64,000 nucleotides of DNA. It comes from Salinivirgaceae bacterium (GTDB taxonomy: Bacteria > Bacteroidota > Bacteroidia > Bacteroidales > SZUA-534). How positions within the stretch are numbered: the stretch's first letter is position 1; each line of letters begins with the position of its first letter. Of this stretch, positions 10,031-22,253 are shown piece after piece. A program made the translations under genes and the position numbers. The DNA is taken from contig JAKSOL010000003.1 of assembly GCA_024405635.1 (NCBI GenBank), positions 64,001 through 128,000 of the forward strand. Reading direction: 5' to 3'. The notes under the pieces were generated by a model. That model had not been told where the DNA came from and made no database searches. It was given only the letters and a program-made list of their open reading frames with translations.

Positions 10031-10086
10031 TGTTGTTAACTAAATGTGTATCGATATCGATTTTCTTAACTATAACTAGCTGTAAA

Positions 10087-10848
10087 TCAGCCATTTTGTC
10101 GCATAAACTCTGCGCAAGTTATTGCAGTTGCTATTGATACGTTCAACGATTCAATCCCTCCGTTTTCTTTTGCATACGATGGTATTAAAAGGTTGTTACT
10201 CATCGCCTTGCTTATTTCTGGCGATAAACCTTTTGACTCGTTTCCCATAAATACAATGGCCGATTTAGGCAGTTTGTGTTTGTAAATATTGCTGCCATCA
10301 AGGCGAGTGCCGTAGGTAGCAATACCAAGTTTATTGGCCTCAATTATTAAATCTGAAAGGTATGTGTAGCAAACATTTACACGAAAAATGGCGCCCATGG
10401 TCGATTGTATAACTTTTGGGTTGAAAAGGTCAACAGTTTCGGGCGAGCAAAAAACTGTGTTTACGCCAAACCATGCGGCAGTTCTAACAATAGTACCAAG
10501 GTTGCCTGGGTCTTGAATATTGTCAAGGGCAATGCTCAACCCATTTGGAATGCGCAATTCACTCTCTTTTGGCAATCGAACCAAACCTAGTGCTTGGTTG
10601 GGGGTTTTTAAAAAACTAATGCGATTTAAATCTTTTTCGCTTATCTCGCTAATAATTTGACCTTTGCGCGTGAGTTGAGATAATTCGTTAAACAATGGTT
10701 GGGTAGCAAAAATCTCAACCACATCAAATTTGCTGGTTAACAGTTCTTTAATCATTTTTTCGCCCTCAACTACAAATAGTCCGTTTTCGCGACGCGATTT
10801 TTTTGAATCAAGAGTCTTAATTAGTTTTATTGTATTGTTAGTCAGCAT
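10087..10848 (-). CDS. TrmH/SpoU-family RNA methyltransferase
   Basis: DNIQDPGNLGTIVRTA, GNESKG, ESLNVSIA SPOUT motifs. Confidence 0.9.
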   Translation of the reverse strand: MLTNNTIKLIKTLDSKKSRRENGLFVVEGEKMIKELLTSKFDVVEIFATQPLFNELSQLTRKGQIISEISEKDLNRISFLKTPNQALGLVRLPKESELRIPNGLSIALDNIQDPGNLGTIVRTAAWFGVNTVFCSPETVDLFNPKVIQSTMGAIFRVNVCYTYLSDLIIEANKLGIATYGTRLDGSNIYKHKLPKSAIVFMGNESKGLSPEISKAMSNNLLIPSYAKENGGIESLNVSIATAITCAEFMRQNG

Positions 10849-10854
10849 ATTAAA

Positions 10855-13785
10855 TCAACTAAATAGTTCCATTATAGTGTCCATTGATAGGCCTTTAAGC
10901 GGGTTGTTTGTGTTTATAAACATGTTTGACAACTCCGTCTTTCGGTCTTGCAATTTTATTATTTTTTCTTCAATGGTGTTTTGTGTTATAAATCTGTAAA
11001 CAAATACGTTACGAGTTTGACCAATTCGGTGTGCGCGGTCAATGGCCTGGTTTTCGGCTGCTGGGTTCCACCATGGGTCAAGTATAAATACATAATCGGC
11101 CGAGGTAAGGTTGATGCCAACGCCGCCAGCTTTGAGCGAAATGAGAAAAACTTGGCGTTTGCTGTCGTTTTGAAATTGTTCTATTGTTGACTTGCGGTCG
11201 ACAGTTTGTCCTGTTAGTTTGCTATATCCAATTTTTTGTTGCTGAAAATACTGCTCGTATATTTCGAGTTGCGACACAAATGAGCTGAAAATAAGCACTT
11301 TGTGGTTTTCGGAAAGAATGGTTTCAAGCACTCGTATAACTTCGTTGAATTTGCCCGAAGGCAAGTCAGAACCTGCAAGCTGAGGGTGGCACGCAAGTAG
11401 TCGCAGTTTGGTAAGCGACTGAAGAACCAAGGCCGATGTTGCTATTGCATCTTGTTTGTCGTATTGCGAAAGTAGAGTGTTGCGTATTTGCGACTTTTCT
11501 TTTTCGTACATTTTCGCTTGTTCGTCGTCCATGTCGCAAATGCATATTTGTTCGGTTTTGGGTGGTAAGTCCGATGCTACTTGCGATTTGGTACGCCGCA
11601 AGATAAATGGTTCAATTAGGCGTTGAAGGCGTTTGCTATGTTGTCCAGTTAGGTCGCGCTCAATTGGAGCTACGTAAGTGGATTTAAAATATTGCAAATT
11701 GCCCAATAAACCTGGGTTTACAAAGTTCATTTGAGTCCAAAGGTCAATCAAGTTATTTTCTATAGGTGTACCTGTTAGTACTAATTTATGCTCTGATTGT
11801 AAGCGAATTATGCTTTGGTAATTTTTTGAACTTGGATTTTTTATTGCTTGGCTTTCGTCTAGAATTATGTAGTGAAAGCGGAATTTTTCAAGTAGTTCGG
11901 TGTCGTTTCTAACTAGTCCGTAGGTGGTTATTACAATATCGTAAAGAGTAAATGCACTAACGTTTTTGGCGCGCGAAATGCCGCTGTGTATTAGCACTTT
12001 AAGGTGCGGGGCAAATTTTAAGATTTCAGATTTCCAGTTGTGAATTAGCGACAGCGGAACCACCAATAGCGATGTTGGTCGTGGACGAGGCTTTATATAA
12101 TCGGGTTCGGTAAATAAATCAAGTTGCAATGGGGTTTTAATCTCGCCACACTCTGCTTCAATGTTTTGTGCCGAGTCGGCAAGCAGAGTAAGCGTTTGCA
12201 ATGTTTTGCCAAGACCCATGTCGTCGGCTAAACAACCTCCTAAATTCAAATCGCGCAGTTGTTTCATCCAATAAAAACCGGCTAACTGATACGGTCTTAA
12301 TGTCGCTTGTAGTGCAATTGGCAGAGTATCTTTTTGTGGTTGTGGATTGCAGAGTTGTTGTTGAAGTTTTATGGCATCGGGCGAATTTATGTTGGCGGCA
12401 ATAATCAGTCCAAAGTGCTGTTTGCCAATACCAAGCGTCCCGTTTTGCTTTGGTTGCGCCATGTGCATAAGTTCGTAGTATTGGCTAAACCATTCGTTGG
12501 GAAGTATAACTATTTGCCCATCAGGTAGTTGGTATTCGCGAATGCCTTTTAGTATGTGGTTGCGCAACTTAATAAACGGAAACGAGTAACCATTGAGTGT
12601 TACATCGCCATAAAGGTCAAACCAGTCGTTGTTTGCTTTTGAACTTAAAGTTAAATCGATGTTGCCAATGTAATATTGTTGCTCAAGTTTGTCTTGTAAC
12701 ACCTTTACTCCCAATTCGTTAAGTTGGGTATAAACTTTGTTCAGCAAAGCAAGTATTTGATGCGAATTGTCGCAATGACGGTCGCAACCGGCGGGGTAGA
12801 ATGTTGTTTGGTCAACTGTTGAAAAGCCCAAAGAAGTTAGTTTTTCAATCAATTCTTTTTCAACCTGAAAATTGCGTTTTGTGCGAGTAAACGATATTTG
12901 GTCGCCATCAACTTTCATGTCGGCGAAACAACGTTCGGTATTGGTTGCATAAATTTGTTTCTGGCCGTAGTTAAAACGCAAAACCAAAGCGAGATTTAAG
13001 TTCAAATCGGTTTCAAGGTGCAAAGTGGCAACTGGCGGTTCGTCAATGCTTTTTAGCGGCATACCAATAAGGTGAACTCGTGCTGTTTTTATGCATCGTA
13101 AAATGTACTGTTCGCAGTATTTTAGTTCGTTTTCTTTGTTTATTAGAATGAAGTTTTTGCTGAAAAACGGAAGAAATTTTTTGCTGTCAAGATTTTTGAA
13201 TCGATATAATGTATTGTTTACCAAAATGTTGCATGGCTCTTGAGCGGTTAGTACCAAACTTCGTTTTCCGTGAAAAGACACCCGTTCGTTGTTGCTCAAA
13301 ATGTCGATGTGGTAATGTATGCCCTCGTTGATGCGGCTAAAAACGTAAATGGCTTGGCTGTAAGTCTCTTGAATGCTAACTTCATCGTTTTTCATCAACT
13401 TTGCTTCGCGATAATTTTGGTGAAATATTCGAATATGTTGATTTTCAATTATCTGCAAAATTTTCTTTAGACGCAGTTCAATGTATGGTCTCACACGTTG
13501 CTCAACAAATTCGGCATCAACGTGGCGTAAAAATGTAGGCATTGGCTCCTTTGAAAACTTGCGCGAAATTTCGTAATCGCTTATTTCGTCCGATATTTTT
13601 AGCAGCAAATCAAACTCGGGGCAGTATCCTTCAACATCTTTTATGTTAACGCACGAAGCATCGTCAATTGCTGAGTAAATTGAATCGGAGTCGGCAGTTG
13701 CGTTTGTGGGAGTAATAATGTGCGGAAAAAGCATTGCGCCGAACTTTCGGTGCATGCCAATAACCACAATTAGTTCGCGAGCCAT
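10855..13785 (-). CDS. SNF2-family helicase
   Basis: LRPYQ, LADDMGLGKTLQ, ILDESQAIKN, LTGTPIEN, SLKAGGVGINL, DPWWNPAAENQAIDRAHRIGQ. Confidence 0.93.
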   Translation of the reverse strand: MARELIVVIGMHRKFGAMLFPHIITPTNATADSDSIYSAIDDASCVNIKDVEGYCPEFDLLLKISDEISDYEISRKFSKEPMPTFLRHVDAEFVEQRVRPYIELRLKKILQIIENQHIRIFHQNYREAKLMKNDEVSIQETYSQAIYVFSRINEGIHYHIDILSNNERVSFHGKRSLVLTAQEPCNILVNNTLYRFKNLDSKKFLPFFSKNFILINKENELKYCEQYILRCIKTARVHLIGMPLKSIDEPPVATLHLETDLNLNLALVLRFNYGQKQIYATNTERCFADMKVDGDQISFTRTKRNFQVEKELIEKLTSLGFSTVDQTTFYPAGCDRHCDNSHQILALLNKVYTQLNELGVKVLQDKLEQQYYIGNIDLTLSSKANNDWFDLYGDVTLNGYSFPFIKLRNHILKGIREYQLPDGQIVILPNEWFSQYYELMHMAQPKQNGTLGIGKQHFGLIIAANINSPDAIKLQQQLCNPQPQKDTLPIALQATLRPYQLAGFYWMKQLRDLNLGGCLADDMGLGKTLQTLTLLADSAQNIEAECGEIKTPLQLDLFTEPDYIKPRPRPTSLLVVPLSLIHNWKSEILKFAPHLKVLIHSGISRAKNVSAFTLYDIVITTYGLVRNDTELLEKFRFHYIILDESQAIKNPSSKNYQSIIRLQSEHKLVLTGTPIENNLIDLWTQMNFVNPGLLGNLQYFKSTYVAPIERDLTGQHSKRLQRLIEPFILRRTKSQVASDLPPKTEQICICDMDDEQAKMYEKEKSQIRNTLLSQYDKQDAIATSALVLQSLTKLRLLACHPQLAGSDLPSGKFNEVIRVLETILSENHKVLIFSSFVSQLEIYEQYFQQQKIGYSKLTGQTVDRKSTIEQFQNDSKRQVFLISLKAGGVGINLTSADYVFILDPWWNPAAENQAIDRAHRIGQTRNVFVYRFITQNTIEEKIIKLQDRKTELSNMFINTNNPLKGLSMDTIMELFS

Positions 13786-13810
13786 TAGGTTGCCTATTGT
13801 TTTCTTGAAA

Positions 13811-14170
13811 TTATATAACCTTTACTTTGTATCCGGCAGCGGTAAGAATATCGGCAACTTTTTGCTTAAACTCACCTTGAATAATCACCTCTCCATCTTT
13901 AACTGAACCACCTACACCGCATTTGTTTTTTAGTAATCGGCCTAGTTCTTTTAAATCATCGTCAGTGCCAACAAATCCCTGAACAAGCGTAACCGATTTG
14001 CCAGCACGTTGCTTGCGGTCAATGCTAACTTTTAAATGTTGTTTTGCAGGCTCAAGAGTCTCAGCCTCAGGCTCTTCGTCGGTTTGATAAACAAAATCAG
14101 GATTGGTAGAGTAAACTACATTTAGGCGATCTTTCCAATCGTTACTTGGCTTAGTATTGTTCTTTCCCAT
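13811..14170 (-). CDS. yciH: SUI1/YciH-family translation initiation factor
   Basis: VYSTNPDF, RAGKSVTLV, LKNKCGVGGSVKDGEVIIQG; likely ATG at 14170. Confidence 0.88.
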   Translation of the reverse strand: MGKNNTKPSNDWKDRLNVVYSTNPDFVYQTDEEPEAETLEPAKQHLKVSIDRKQRAGKSVTLVQGFVGTDDDLKELGRLLKNKCGVGGSVKDGEVIIQGEFKQKVADILTAAGYKVKVI

Positions 14171-14394
14171 TTTTGGTGAATTAGTTCTTTTAAGTGTACA
14201 ATGTAACATTGCAAAGATAGGCACATTAGCAAGTTTTGAGAACCGATTTATTTACTTGAAGCCAAAAAACAAATTGGTTGAATATAAAAGGTAGCTTTTT
14301 ATTGATTCAACTTTGCAACCTTTGTTGGAATAAAGTAGAGAGTTGGTAAATTTGCCGCTCGTAAAAATCGATTTACAATTAAAACTAAATACAA

Positions 14395-15477
14395 ATGGGA
14401 AAAACATTGAATATCGCCGTTTTGGCTGGCGATGGAATTGGTCCTGAGGTTGTTAAACAAGCCTTAGACGTTACAAAAGTTGTGTGCGAAAAATTTGGTC
14501 ACACATTGAATTACAAAGAGGCGCTTACCGGAGCTTGCGCTATTGAGGCTTACGGCGATGCTTATCCAGAGTCAACTCATCAACTTTGCATGGAGTCTGA
14601 TGCTGTGTTGTTTGGTGCAGTTGGTGATCCTAAATTTGATAACGATCCAAACGCAAAAGTTCGTCCTGAACAAGGTTTGTTGGCAATGCGTAAAAAATTG
14701 GGCTTGTTTGCAAACATTCGTCCAGTTCAAACATTTGACTGCCTTATCCACAAATCTCCATTGAAAGAAGAGTTGGTGAAAAATGCTGATTTTATTTGCA
14801 TTCGCGAGTTGACAGGAGGTATGTACTTTGGTAAAAAACAAGAACCAGCAATTAATGCCGATGGTGTAGAAGATGCTTTGGATACTAATTATTATAGCCG
14901 TCCTGAAATTGAACGCATTCTTAAAGTTGCGTTTGAATATGCTGGCAAACGTCGCAAACATGTAACTGTGGTTGATAAAGCTAATGTGTTGGCTTCAAGT
15001 CGTTTGTGGAGAAAAGTTGCACAAGAAATAGCACCTAAGTATCCAGATATTACAACAGATTATATGTATGTTGACAACGCTGCAATGCGCATGATTCAAG
15101 ACCCTCGTTTCTTCGACGTTATGGTAACCGAAAACACATTTGGCGACATTTTGACCGACGAGGCATCAGTAATCTCAGGCTCAATGGGATTGTTGCCATC
15201 AGCATCAATCGGTGAACATACCAGTGTGTTTGAGCCAATACATGGTTCGTATCCACAAGCAAAAGGCAAAAACATTGCAAACCCATTGGCTACTATTTTG
15301 TCGGCTGCAATGATGTTTGAGTATGCTTTTGATATGAAAGAAGAAGGCGCAATTATTCGTAAGGCCGTTGACGCATCGCTTGATGCAAACTACGTTACCG
15401 AGGATATTGATAAATCGGTAGCTCACAGCACATCTGAAGTGGGCGAGTGGATTTGCAATTGGATTAAAAACGCATAA
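14395..15477 (+). CDS. leuB: 3-isopropylmalate dehydrogenase
   Basis: [44 protein letters not shown]. Confidence 0.96.
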   Translation: MGKTLNIAVLAGDGIGPEVVKQALDVTKVVCEKFGHTLNYKEALTGACAIEAYGDAYPESTHQLCMESDAVLFGAVGDPKFDNDPNAKVRPEQGLLAMRKKLGLFANIRPVQTFDCLIHKSPLKEELVKNADFICIRELTGGMYFGKKQEPAINADGVEDALDTNYYSRPEIERILKVAFEYAGKRRKHVTVVDKANVLASSRLWRKVAQEIAPKYPDITTDYMYVDNAAMRMIQDPRFFDVMVTENTFGDILTDEASVISGSMGLLPSASIGEHTSVFEPIHGSYPQAKGKNIANPLATILSAAMMFEYAFDMKEEGAIIRKAVDASLDANYVTEDIDKSVAHSTSEVGEWICNWIKNA

Positions 15478-15501
15478 TTCAATATCAATTCAAATAAAAA
15501 G

Positions 15502-15534
15502 AGCCGTTGTGCAAAAGCGCAGCGGCTTTTTTTT
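15502..15534 (+). terminator. Intrinsic terminator after leuB
   Basis: agccgttgtgc-aaaa-gcgcagcggct followed by a T run. Confidence 0.8.
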
Positions 15535-15630
15535 ATGCAAAAACTTATCAAAAATGAATCGCCAATGCCTAACGTTGGGGTTTGATAATTTCAAAAGAGT
15601 TCTATCTTTGTGCAAATTTTGATAAGTCTA

Positions 15631-15921
15631 ATGGAACAACTACAACTTTTAGGAGGTTTTAAGCAAAAATTTGAGCAGTTTGTAGAACTGTATCAATCGC
15701 TAAAATCTGAGAATAAAAGTCTTAAGGAGGAAAATATTAGACTAAAAAATGCTTTGTCTGCCAAAGAGTCTGAATTAGAACAGACTAAAAAACAGCAGGA
15801 ATTGAATCAAATGGCTGGCATTTTTACGGCTGCTAACGGAGGAAATAAGTTAGAGGCAAAAAACAAAATTGCCAGACTAGTGCGGGAGATTGATAATTGC
15901 ATTGCTTTGCTCAACAGATAG
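15631..15921 (+). CDS. Coiled-coil protein upstream of zapA (ZapB-like)
   Basis: Coiled coil ending in LVREIDNCIALLN; TATCTTTG promoter box at 15603-15610. Confidence 0.72.
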   Translation: MEQLQLLGGFKQKFEQFVELYQSLKSENKSLKEENIRLKNALSAKESELEQTKKQQELNQMAGIFTAANGGNKLEAKNKIARLVREIDNCIALLNR

Positions 15922-15929
15922 GACTTAAT

Positions 15930-16250
15930 ATGGACTCTGTAAATAAACAACGGATAAATATTGCGATTGCAGATAGAACTTACCCTCTGCAAATCGATCC
16001 AGCTGATGAGGAAAGAATTAGAAAGGCAGCAAAAAAGATAAACGAGACAATCGCTCAATATCAGGAAAGGAAGTACAGTACCAAAGACATTCAAGATTAT
16101 TTGGCTATGGTGGCTTTGCAGTATGCGTCAAAACTATTGGCATCAAATGGTGACAAATCATCAGATAACCAACTTTCCGAAGAAATTGGAGATGTTGATA
16201 AAATGTTGACTGACTTGCTTTTGCAAGCACGACAAGAAGGTTCTATTTAA
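15930..16250 (+). CDS. zapA: Cell division protein ZapA
   Basis: INIAIADRTYPL...EERIRKAAKKIN...QDYLAMVALQ; context upstream of rny. Confidence 0.88.
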   Translation: MDSVNKQRINIAIADRTYPLQIDPADEERIRKAAKKINETIAQYQERKYSTKDIQDYLAMVALQYASKLLASNGDKSSDNQLSEEIGDVDKMLTDLLLQARQEGSI

Positions 16251-16261
16251 TAGCAAAACAC

Positions 16262-16459
16262 AACCCGCATCGGTTTTGTATAGATTGGGAAACTCAACAC
16301 TAAAATTTTTAAGAAGTTAGTGTTAGTGTTTATGTAAGACAGGCCTCACCATCGAAAGATGGGTTCCGTTTTTTGGAACCAGTGGAAGTAAGAATTAAGC
16401 AACACGGCTTCGCCCATGTTTTTACAGGGGTTTCCTCAATACACACACCGTTGCGGGTT
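16262..16459 (+). ncRNA. ssrS: 6S RNA
   Basis: ~200 nt whose ends pair (aacccgcatcggt / accgttgcgggtt; attgggaaactc / ggggtttcctcaat) as a rod with a central bubble; downstream of zapA, a usual 6S position. Confidence 0.8.
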
Positions 16460-16487
16460 TTTTATTTATATACTAAAACACAAACAA

Positions 16488-18032
16488 ATGGAGAACTTAC
16501 AAGTAATTGTAATTGTAGCCGCCATTGCTGCCATAGTAGGTGGATTGGTGGTGTTCACCCTCTCAAAATTAGGGTTGAACAAAAAGGCTAAAAAAATAAT
16601 TGAAGATGCTGAGGCTGAAGCTGATATGCTCATTAAAGAAAAAAATCTTCAAGCGAAGGAAAAATTGCTTCAACTTAAGTCGGAACAAGAAAAGGCAATG
16701 AACGAGCGTAATAGCAAGATTGCAGCAAACGAAACTCGCTTAAAACAAAAAGAAGCAGGCCTAAACCAAAAAATTGAGGAGTATAACCGCAAGAAAAAAG
16801 AGGTTGACGGCATGAAAGACAGCCTAACTGCTCAAAAAGAGATGCTTGAAAAGAAAAGTGAAGAACTTGATAAAATTAACAAGCAACGTGTCGAGCAATT
16901 AGTGGCAATTTCAGGTTTGTCGGTTGATGAGGCTAAAAACCAATTGATGGACTCGTTGAAAGACGAGGCTCGCACACAAGCAATGTCAGAGATTAACGAA
17001 ATTCTTGACGAGGCTAAACTTACCGCAAATAAAGAAGCAAAGCGCATCGTTCTTCAAACAATTCAACGCGTTGCATCAGAACATACAATCGAAAATTCAG
17101 TAACAGTTTTCCATATTGATAATGACGATGTTAAAGGTCGCATTATTGGTCGTGAAGGACGTAATATTCGTGCTCTTGAGGCTGCTACAGGTGTTGAAAT
17201 TATTGTTGACGACACTCCAGAGGCTATCATTCTTTCGGCTTTTGACCCAGTTCGCCGCGAGGTGGCACGTTTGGCATTGCACCAACTTGTAACCGATGGT
17301 CGTATCCACCCTGCACGCATTGAGGAGGTGGTAGCTAAAACCCAAAAAATGGTTGAAGAGGAAATGATTGAAACCGGTAAACGCACCACAATCGATCTTG
17401 GAATACATGGTCTTCATCCAGAACTTATTCGTTTGATTGGTAAGATGAAATACCGTTCATCGTACGGTCAAAACTTGTTGCAACACTCGCGTGAGGTTGC
17501 TAACCTTGCTGCCATTATGGCATCGGAACTTGGTTTGAATCCAAAACTAGCAAAACGTGCAGGCTTGTTGCACGATATTGGTAAAGTGCCTGATGACGAA
17601 CCAGAGTTGCCACATGCAATTCTTGGTATGCAGTTGGCTGAAAAGTATAAAGAGAAACCAGAAGTTTGCAACGCTATTGGTGCTCACCACGATGAGGTTG
17701 AGATGAATTCACTTATTTCGCCTATAGTTCAAGTTTGTGATGCTATTTCAGGAGCTCGTCCAGGTGCTCGTCGCGAGGTAGTTGAGTCTTACATTAAACG
17801 CTTGAAAGAACTTGAGGATTTGGCTCTTTCGTATCCAGGTGTGCTTAAAACATACGCTATTCAAGCAGGTCGTGAATTGCGCGTGATAGTTGGTAGCGAG
17901 AAAGTTAGCGATGCTGATGCAGAAACACTTTCGTACGATATTGCTAAGAAAATTCAAGACGAAATGACTTATCCTGGTCAAATTCGTATTACAGTTATTC
18001 GCGAAACTCGTGCTGTTAGTTTCGCAAAATAA
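16488..18032 (+). CDS. rny: Ribonuclease Y
   Basis: N-terminal TM, coiled coil, KH ([13 protein letters not shown]), HD (LLHDIGK), [10 protein letters not shown]; true ATG at 16488. Confidence 0.96.
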   Translation: MENLQVIVIVAAIAAIVGGLVVFTLSKLGLNKKAKKIIEDAEAEADMLIKEKNLQAKEKLLQLKSEQEKAMNERNSKIAANETRLKQKEAGLNQKIEEYNRKKKEVDGMKDSLTAQKEMLEKKSEELDKINKQRVEQLVAISGLSVDEAKNQLMDSLKDEARTQAMSEINEILDEAKLTANKEAKRIVLQTIQRVASEHTIENSVTVFHIDNDDVKGRIIGREGRNIRALEAATGVEIIVDDTPEAIILSAFDPVRREVARLALHQLVTDGRIHPARIEEVVAKTQKMVEEEMIETGKRTTIDLGIHGLHPELIRLIGKMKYRSSYGQNLLQHSREVANLAAIMASELGLNPKLAKRAGLLHDIGKVPDDEPELPHAILGMQLAEKYKEKPEVCNAIGAHHDEVEMNSLISPIVQVCDAISGARPGARREVVESYIKRLKELEDLALSYPGVLKTYAIQAGRELRVIVGSEKVSDADAETLSYDIAKKIQDEMTYPGQIRITVIRETRAVSFAK

Positions 18033-18057
18033 TGGTGATAAAAGCAGACAAGATAAA

Positions 18058-18091
18058 GTAGAGCCGATGTTTTTCGGCTCTATTTTTTTTT
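18058..18091 (+). terminator. Intrinsic terminator after rny
   Basis: tagagccga-tgttt-ttcggctcta followed by a T run. Confidence 0.8.
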
Positions 18092-18132
18092 ATCCAATAC
18101 ACTAAATTTTGGTAATTTAGTTCAGTAAAAAA

Positions 18133-19268
18133 ATGCCTATGCGACCTTTATCAATGGTTGACTTAAAAAGTCAATACAAAAACATAAAAACTGAGATTGA
18201 TGCAGCTATTCAAGGCGTTATTGATTCGTCTCAATTTATTAAAGGTCAAGATGTTACATTGCTTCAGTCTGAGCTGGCTTCGTATCTTGGAGTTAAACAT
18301 GTTATAGCCTGTGGTAACGGAACCGATGCATTGCAGATAGCTCTTATGGCGCTTGGCCTAAAACCTGGCGATGAGGTTATTACTACCGATTTTACTTTTA
18401 TAGCAACTGTTGAGGTTGTTGCACTTCTTGGACTTAAACCTGTTTTGGTTGATGTAGACCCTAAAACTTTTTGCATCAATGCAGATAAAATTGAAGAAAA
18501 GATAACTCCACAAACAAAAGCAATAGTTCCTGTTCATCTTTTTGGGCAGTGTGCTGATATGCAGAAGATTATGGATATAGCAAATCGCCATAATTTGTTT
18601 GTGGTTGAGGATACTGCGCAAGCTCTTGGGGCCGATTTTTCTTTTGATGATGGTAAAAAGTTGAAAGCAGGTACTATTGGTCATGTGGGCTGTACATCGT
18701 TTTTTCCATCAAAAAACCTTGGTTGTTACGGCGATGGAGGAGCTTTGTTTACCAATAATGATGAAATAGCAGAGCAAATACGATACATATCAAATCACGG
18801 AATGAAAGTTCGTTATCACCATGATATGATTGGCGTGAATTCTCGTCTTGATACAATTCAAGCTGCAATATTGCGTGTAAAATTGCCACGTCTTGATTCG
18901 TATAATAAGGCTCGACAAGAGGCTGCTGCTAAATATAACATAGAGTTAGAAAATGTTGAAGGTGTTGTAACTCCTTCAAAAATAGATAGTTCAAGTCATA
19001 TATATCATCAATATACTTTGCTTGTTAAAGATGGCCGTCGAAACGATTTGAAGAAATTCCTTGACGAAAAAGGAATTCCATGCATGATATATTATCCTAT
19101 ACCTATTCATCAGCAAAAGGCATTTGCTCCATATGTTGACGAAAATGAAATGTTTTCAGTGTCGCAACAACTAGCCGACGAAGTTTTGTCGTTGCCTATG
19201 CACACAGAACTTGACGATGAACAAATTTCGGTAATAACTACTGCTGTTAAATCATTTTTTCAAAAGCA

Positions 19269-19272
<4 letters not shown>
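18133..19272 (+). CDS. DegT/DnrJ/EryC1/StrS PLP aminotransferase (WbpE-like)
   Basis: [43 protein letters not shown]. Confidence 0.9.
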
Positions 19273-20788
<1,516 letters not shown>

Positions 20789-20793
20789 AATAT

Positions 20794-21666
20794 ATGAAAG
20801 GAATAATTCTAGCAGGAGGTAGCGGCACTCGTCTTTATCCAATAACAAAAGGAGTGTCAAAACAAATGTTGCCGATATACGATAAACCGATGATTTACTA
20901 TCCGTTGTCGGTTTTAATGTTGGCTGGAATAAACGAGATACTTGTTATTTCGACACCTCAAGATTTGCCAGGATTTAAACGTTTGCTTGGCGATGGTAGC
21001 AATTGGGGCATAAAACTAGAATATGCTGAGCAACCTTCGCCCGATGGTTTGGCGCAAGCATTTATCATTGGTGAAAAATTCATAGGAAACGATTCGGTTT
21101 GTCTTATCCTTGGCGATAATATTTTCTATGGTCATGGTTTGCCAGAAAAACTTAAGGATGCTCGTTGGAATGTGGAACAAAACGGTGATGCTACTGTTTT
21201 TGGTTACTATGTGAATGACCCTGAACGTTATGGTGTTGCTGAATTTGATGCCAATGGAAAAGTTATTTCAATTGAAGAAAAACCGTTGCAACCAAAATCA
21301 AACTATGCAGTTGTAGGACTTTATTTCTATCCAAATTCGGTGGTTCAGATAGCCAAAACAATTAAACCTTCGGCTCGTGGCGAATTGGAAATAACAACCG
21401 TTAATCAAGAATATTTGCAATCGGGCAAATTGTCGCTTGAACTTATGGGCCGTGGATTTGCATGGCTCGATACAGGAACATACGAGAGTTTGATTGAGGC
21501 TAGCAATTTTGTTGAGACTTTGCAAAAACGTACAGGACTTATGGTGAGTTGTCCCGAAGAAATTGCCTATAAATCGGGCTTGATTGGAAAAGATAAACTT
21601 GCCGAACTTGCTGCTCCAATGCTTAAAAACGACTATGGTAAGTATTTGATGAAACTTATCAAGTGA
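20794..21666 (+). CDS. rfbA: Glucose-1-phosphate thymidylyltransferase
   Basis: [44 protein letters not shown]. Confidence 0.96.
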   Translation: MKGIILAGGSGTRLYPITKGVSKQMLPIYDKPMIYYPLSVLMLAGINEILVISTPQDLPGFKRLLGDGSNWGIKLEYAEQPSPDGLAQAFIIGEKFIGNDSVCLILGDNIFYGHGLPEKLKDARWNVEQNGDATVFGYYVNDPERYGVAEFDANGKVISIEEKPLQPKSNYAVVGLYFYPNSVVQIAKTIKPSARGELEITTVNQEYLQSGKLSLELMGRGFAWLDTGTYESLIEASNFVETLQKRTGLMVSCPEEIAYKSGLIGKDKLAELAAPMLKNDYGKYLMKLIK

Positions 21667-21686
21667 TTGTAAATAAAACAATTGGT

Positions 21687-22253
21687 ATGAAAATTATTGA
21701 TACTGAAATAGCCGAAGTTAAAATTCTAGAGCCGACAGTATTTGCCGACAATCGCGGCTACTTTTTTGAGAGTTTTCGTGATAACGAATTTTGCGAGCAA
21801 GTATGCAAAACAAAATTTGTTCAAGAAAATGAATCATCATCAAGTAAAGGTGTACTACGTGGGTTGCACTATCAAAGTGGCATGCATTCGCAAGCAAAAT
21901 TGGTGCGAGTTGTAGTAGGCGAGGTGTTTGATGTGGCTGTTGATATTCGCAAAGGTTCTCCAACATTTGGCAAATATGTTGGCGTAGTCCTTTCTGCCGA
22001 AAATAAACGACAATTCTTTATTCCTCGCGGATTTGCCCATGGCTTTATGGTGTTGAGTAACACTGCAGTGTTTACATACAAGTGTGACAATTATTACAAT
22101 AAAGCTAGCGAGCGTAGCATAATATATAACGACCCTACACTTAACATTGAGTGGCCTAAGTGCGACAATGTTATTTTGTCAGAAAAAGATACGGCTGGTA
22201 AGCAACTTGCCGATGCAGATTTGTTTAACTATTCAGATAAATTATATGAGTGA
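21687..22253 (+). CDS. rfbC: dTDP-4-dehydrorhamnose 3,5-epimerase
   Basis: DNRGYFFE, GVLRGLHYQ, DVAVDIRKGSPTFG, PRGFAHGF. Confidence 0.95.
   Translation: MKIIDTEIAEVKILEPTVFADNRGYFFESFRDNEFCEQVCKTKFVQENESSSSKGVLRGLHYQSGMHSQAKLVRVVVGEVFDVAVDIRKGSPTFGKYVGVVLSAENKRQFFIPRGFAHGFMVLSNTAVFTYKCDNYYNKASERSIIYNDPTLNIEWPKCDNVILSEKDTAGKQLADADLFNYSDKLYE

Noticed and set aside
10855-13785. SNF2 helicase as part of an anti-phage system
   Set aside because: Sits in a housekeeping run (yciH, trmH-like) with host-like composition and no methylase, nuclease or other defence partners
16416-16487. N-terminal extension of rny in the ORF track
   Set aside because: Overlaps the 6S RNA closing stem; the TM anchor begins at ATG 16488
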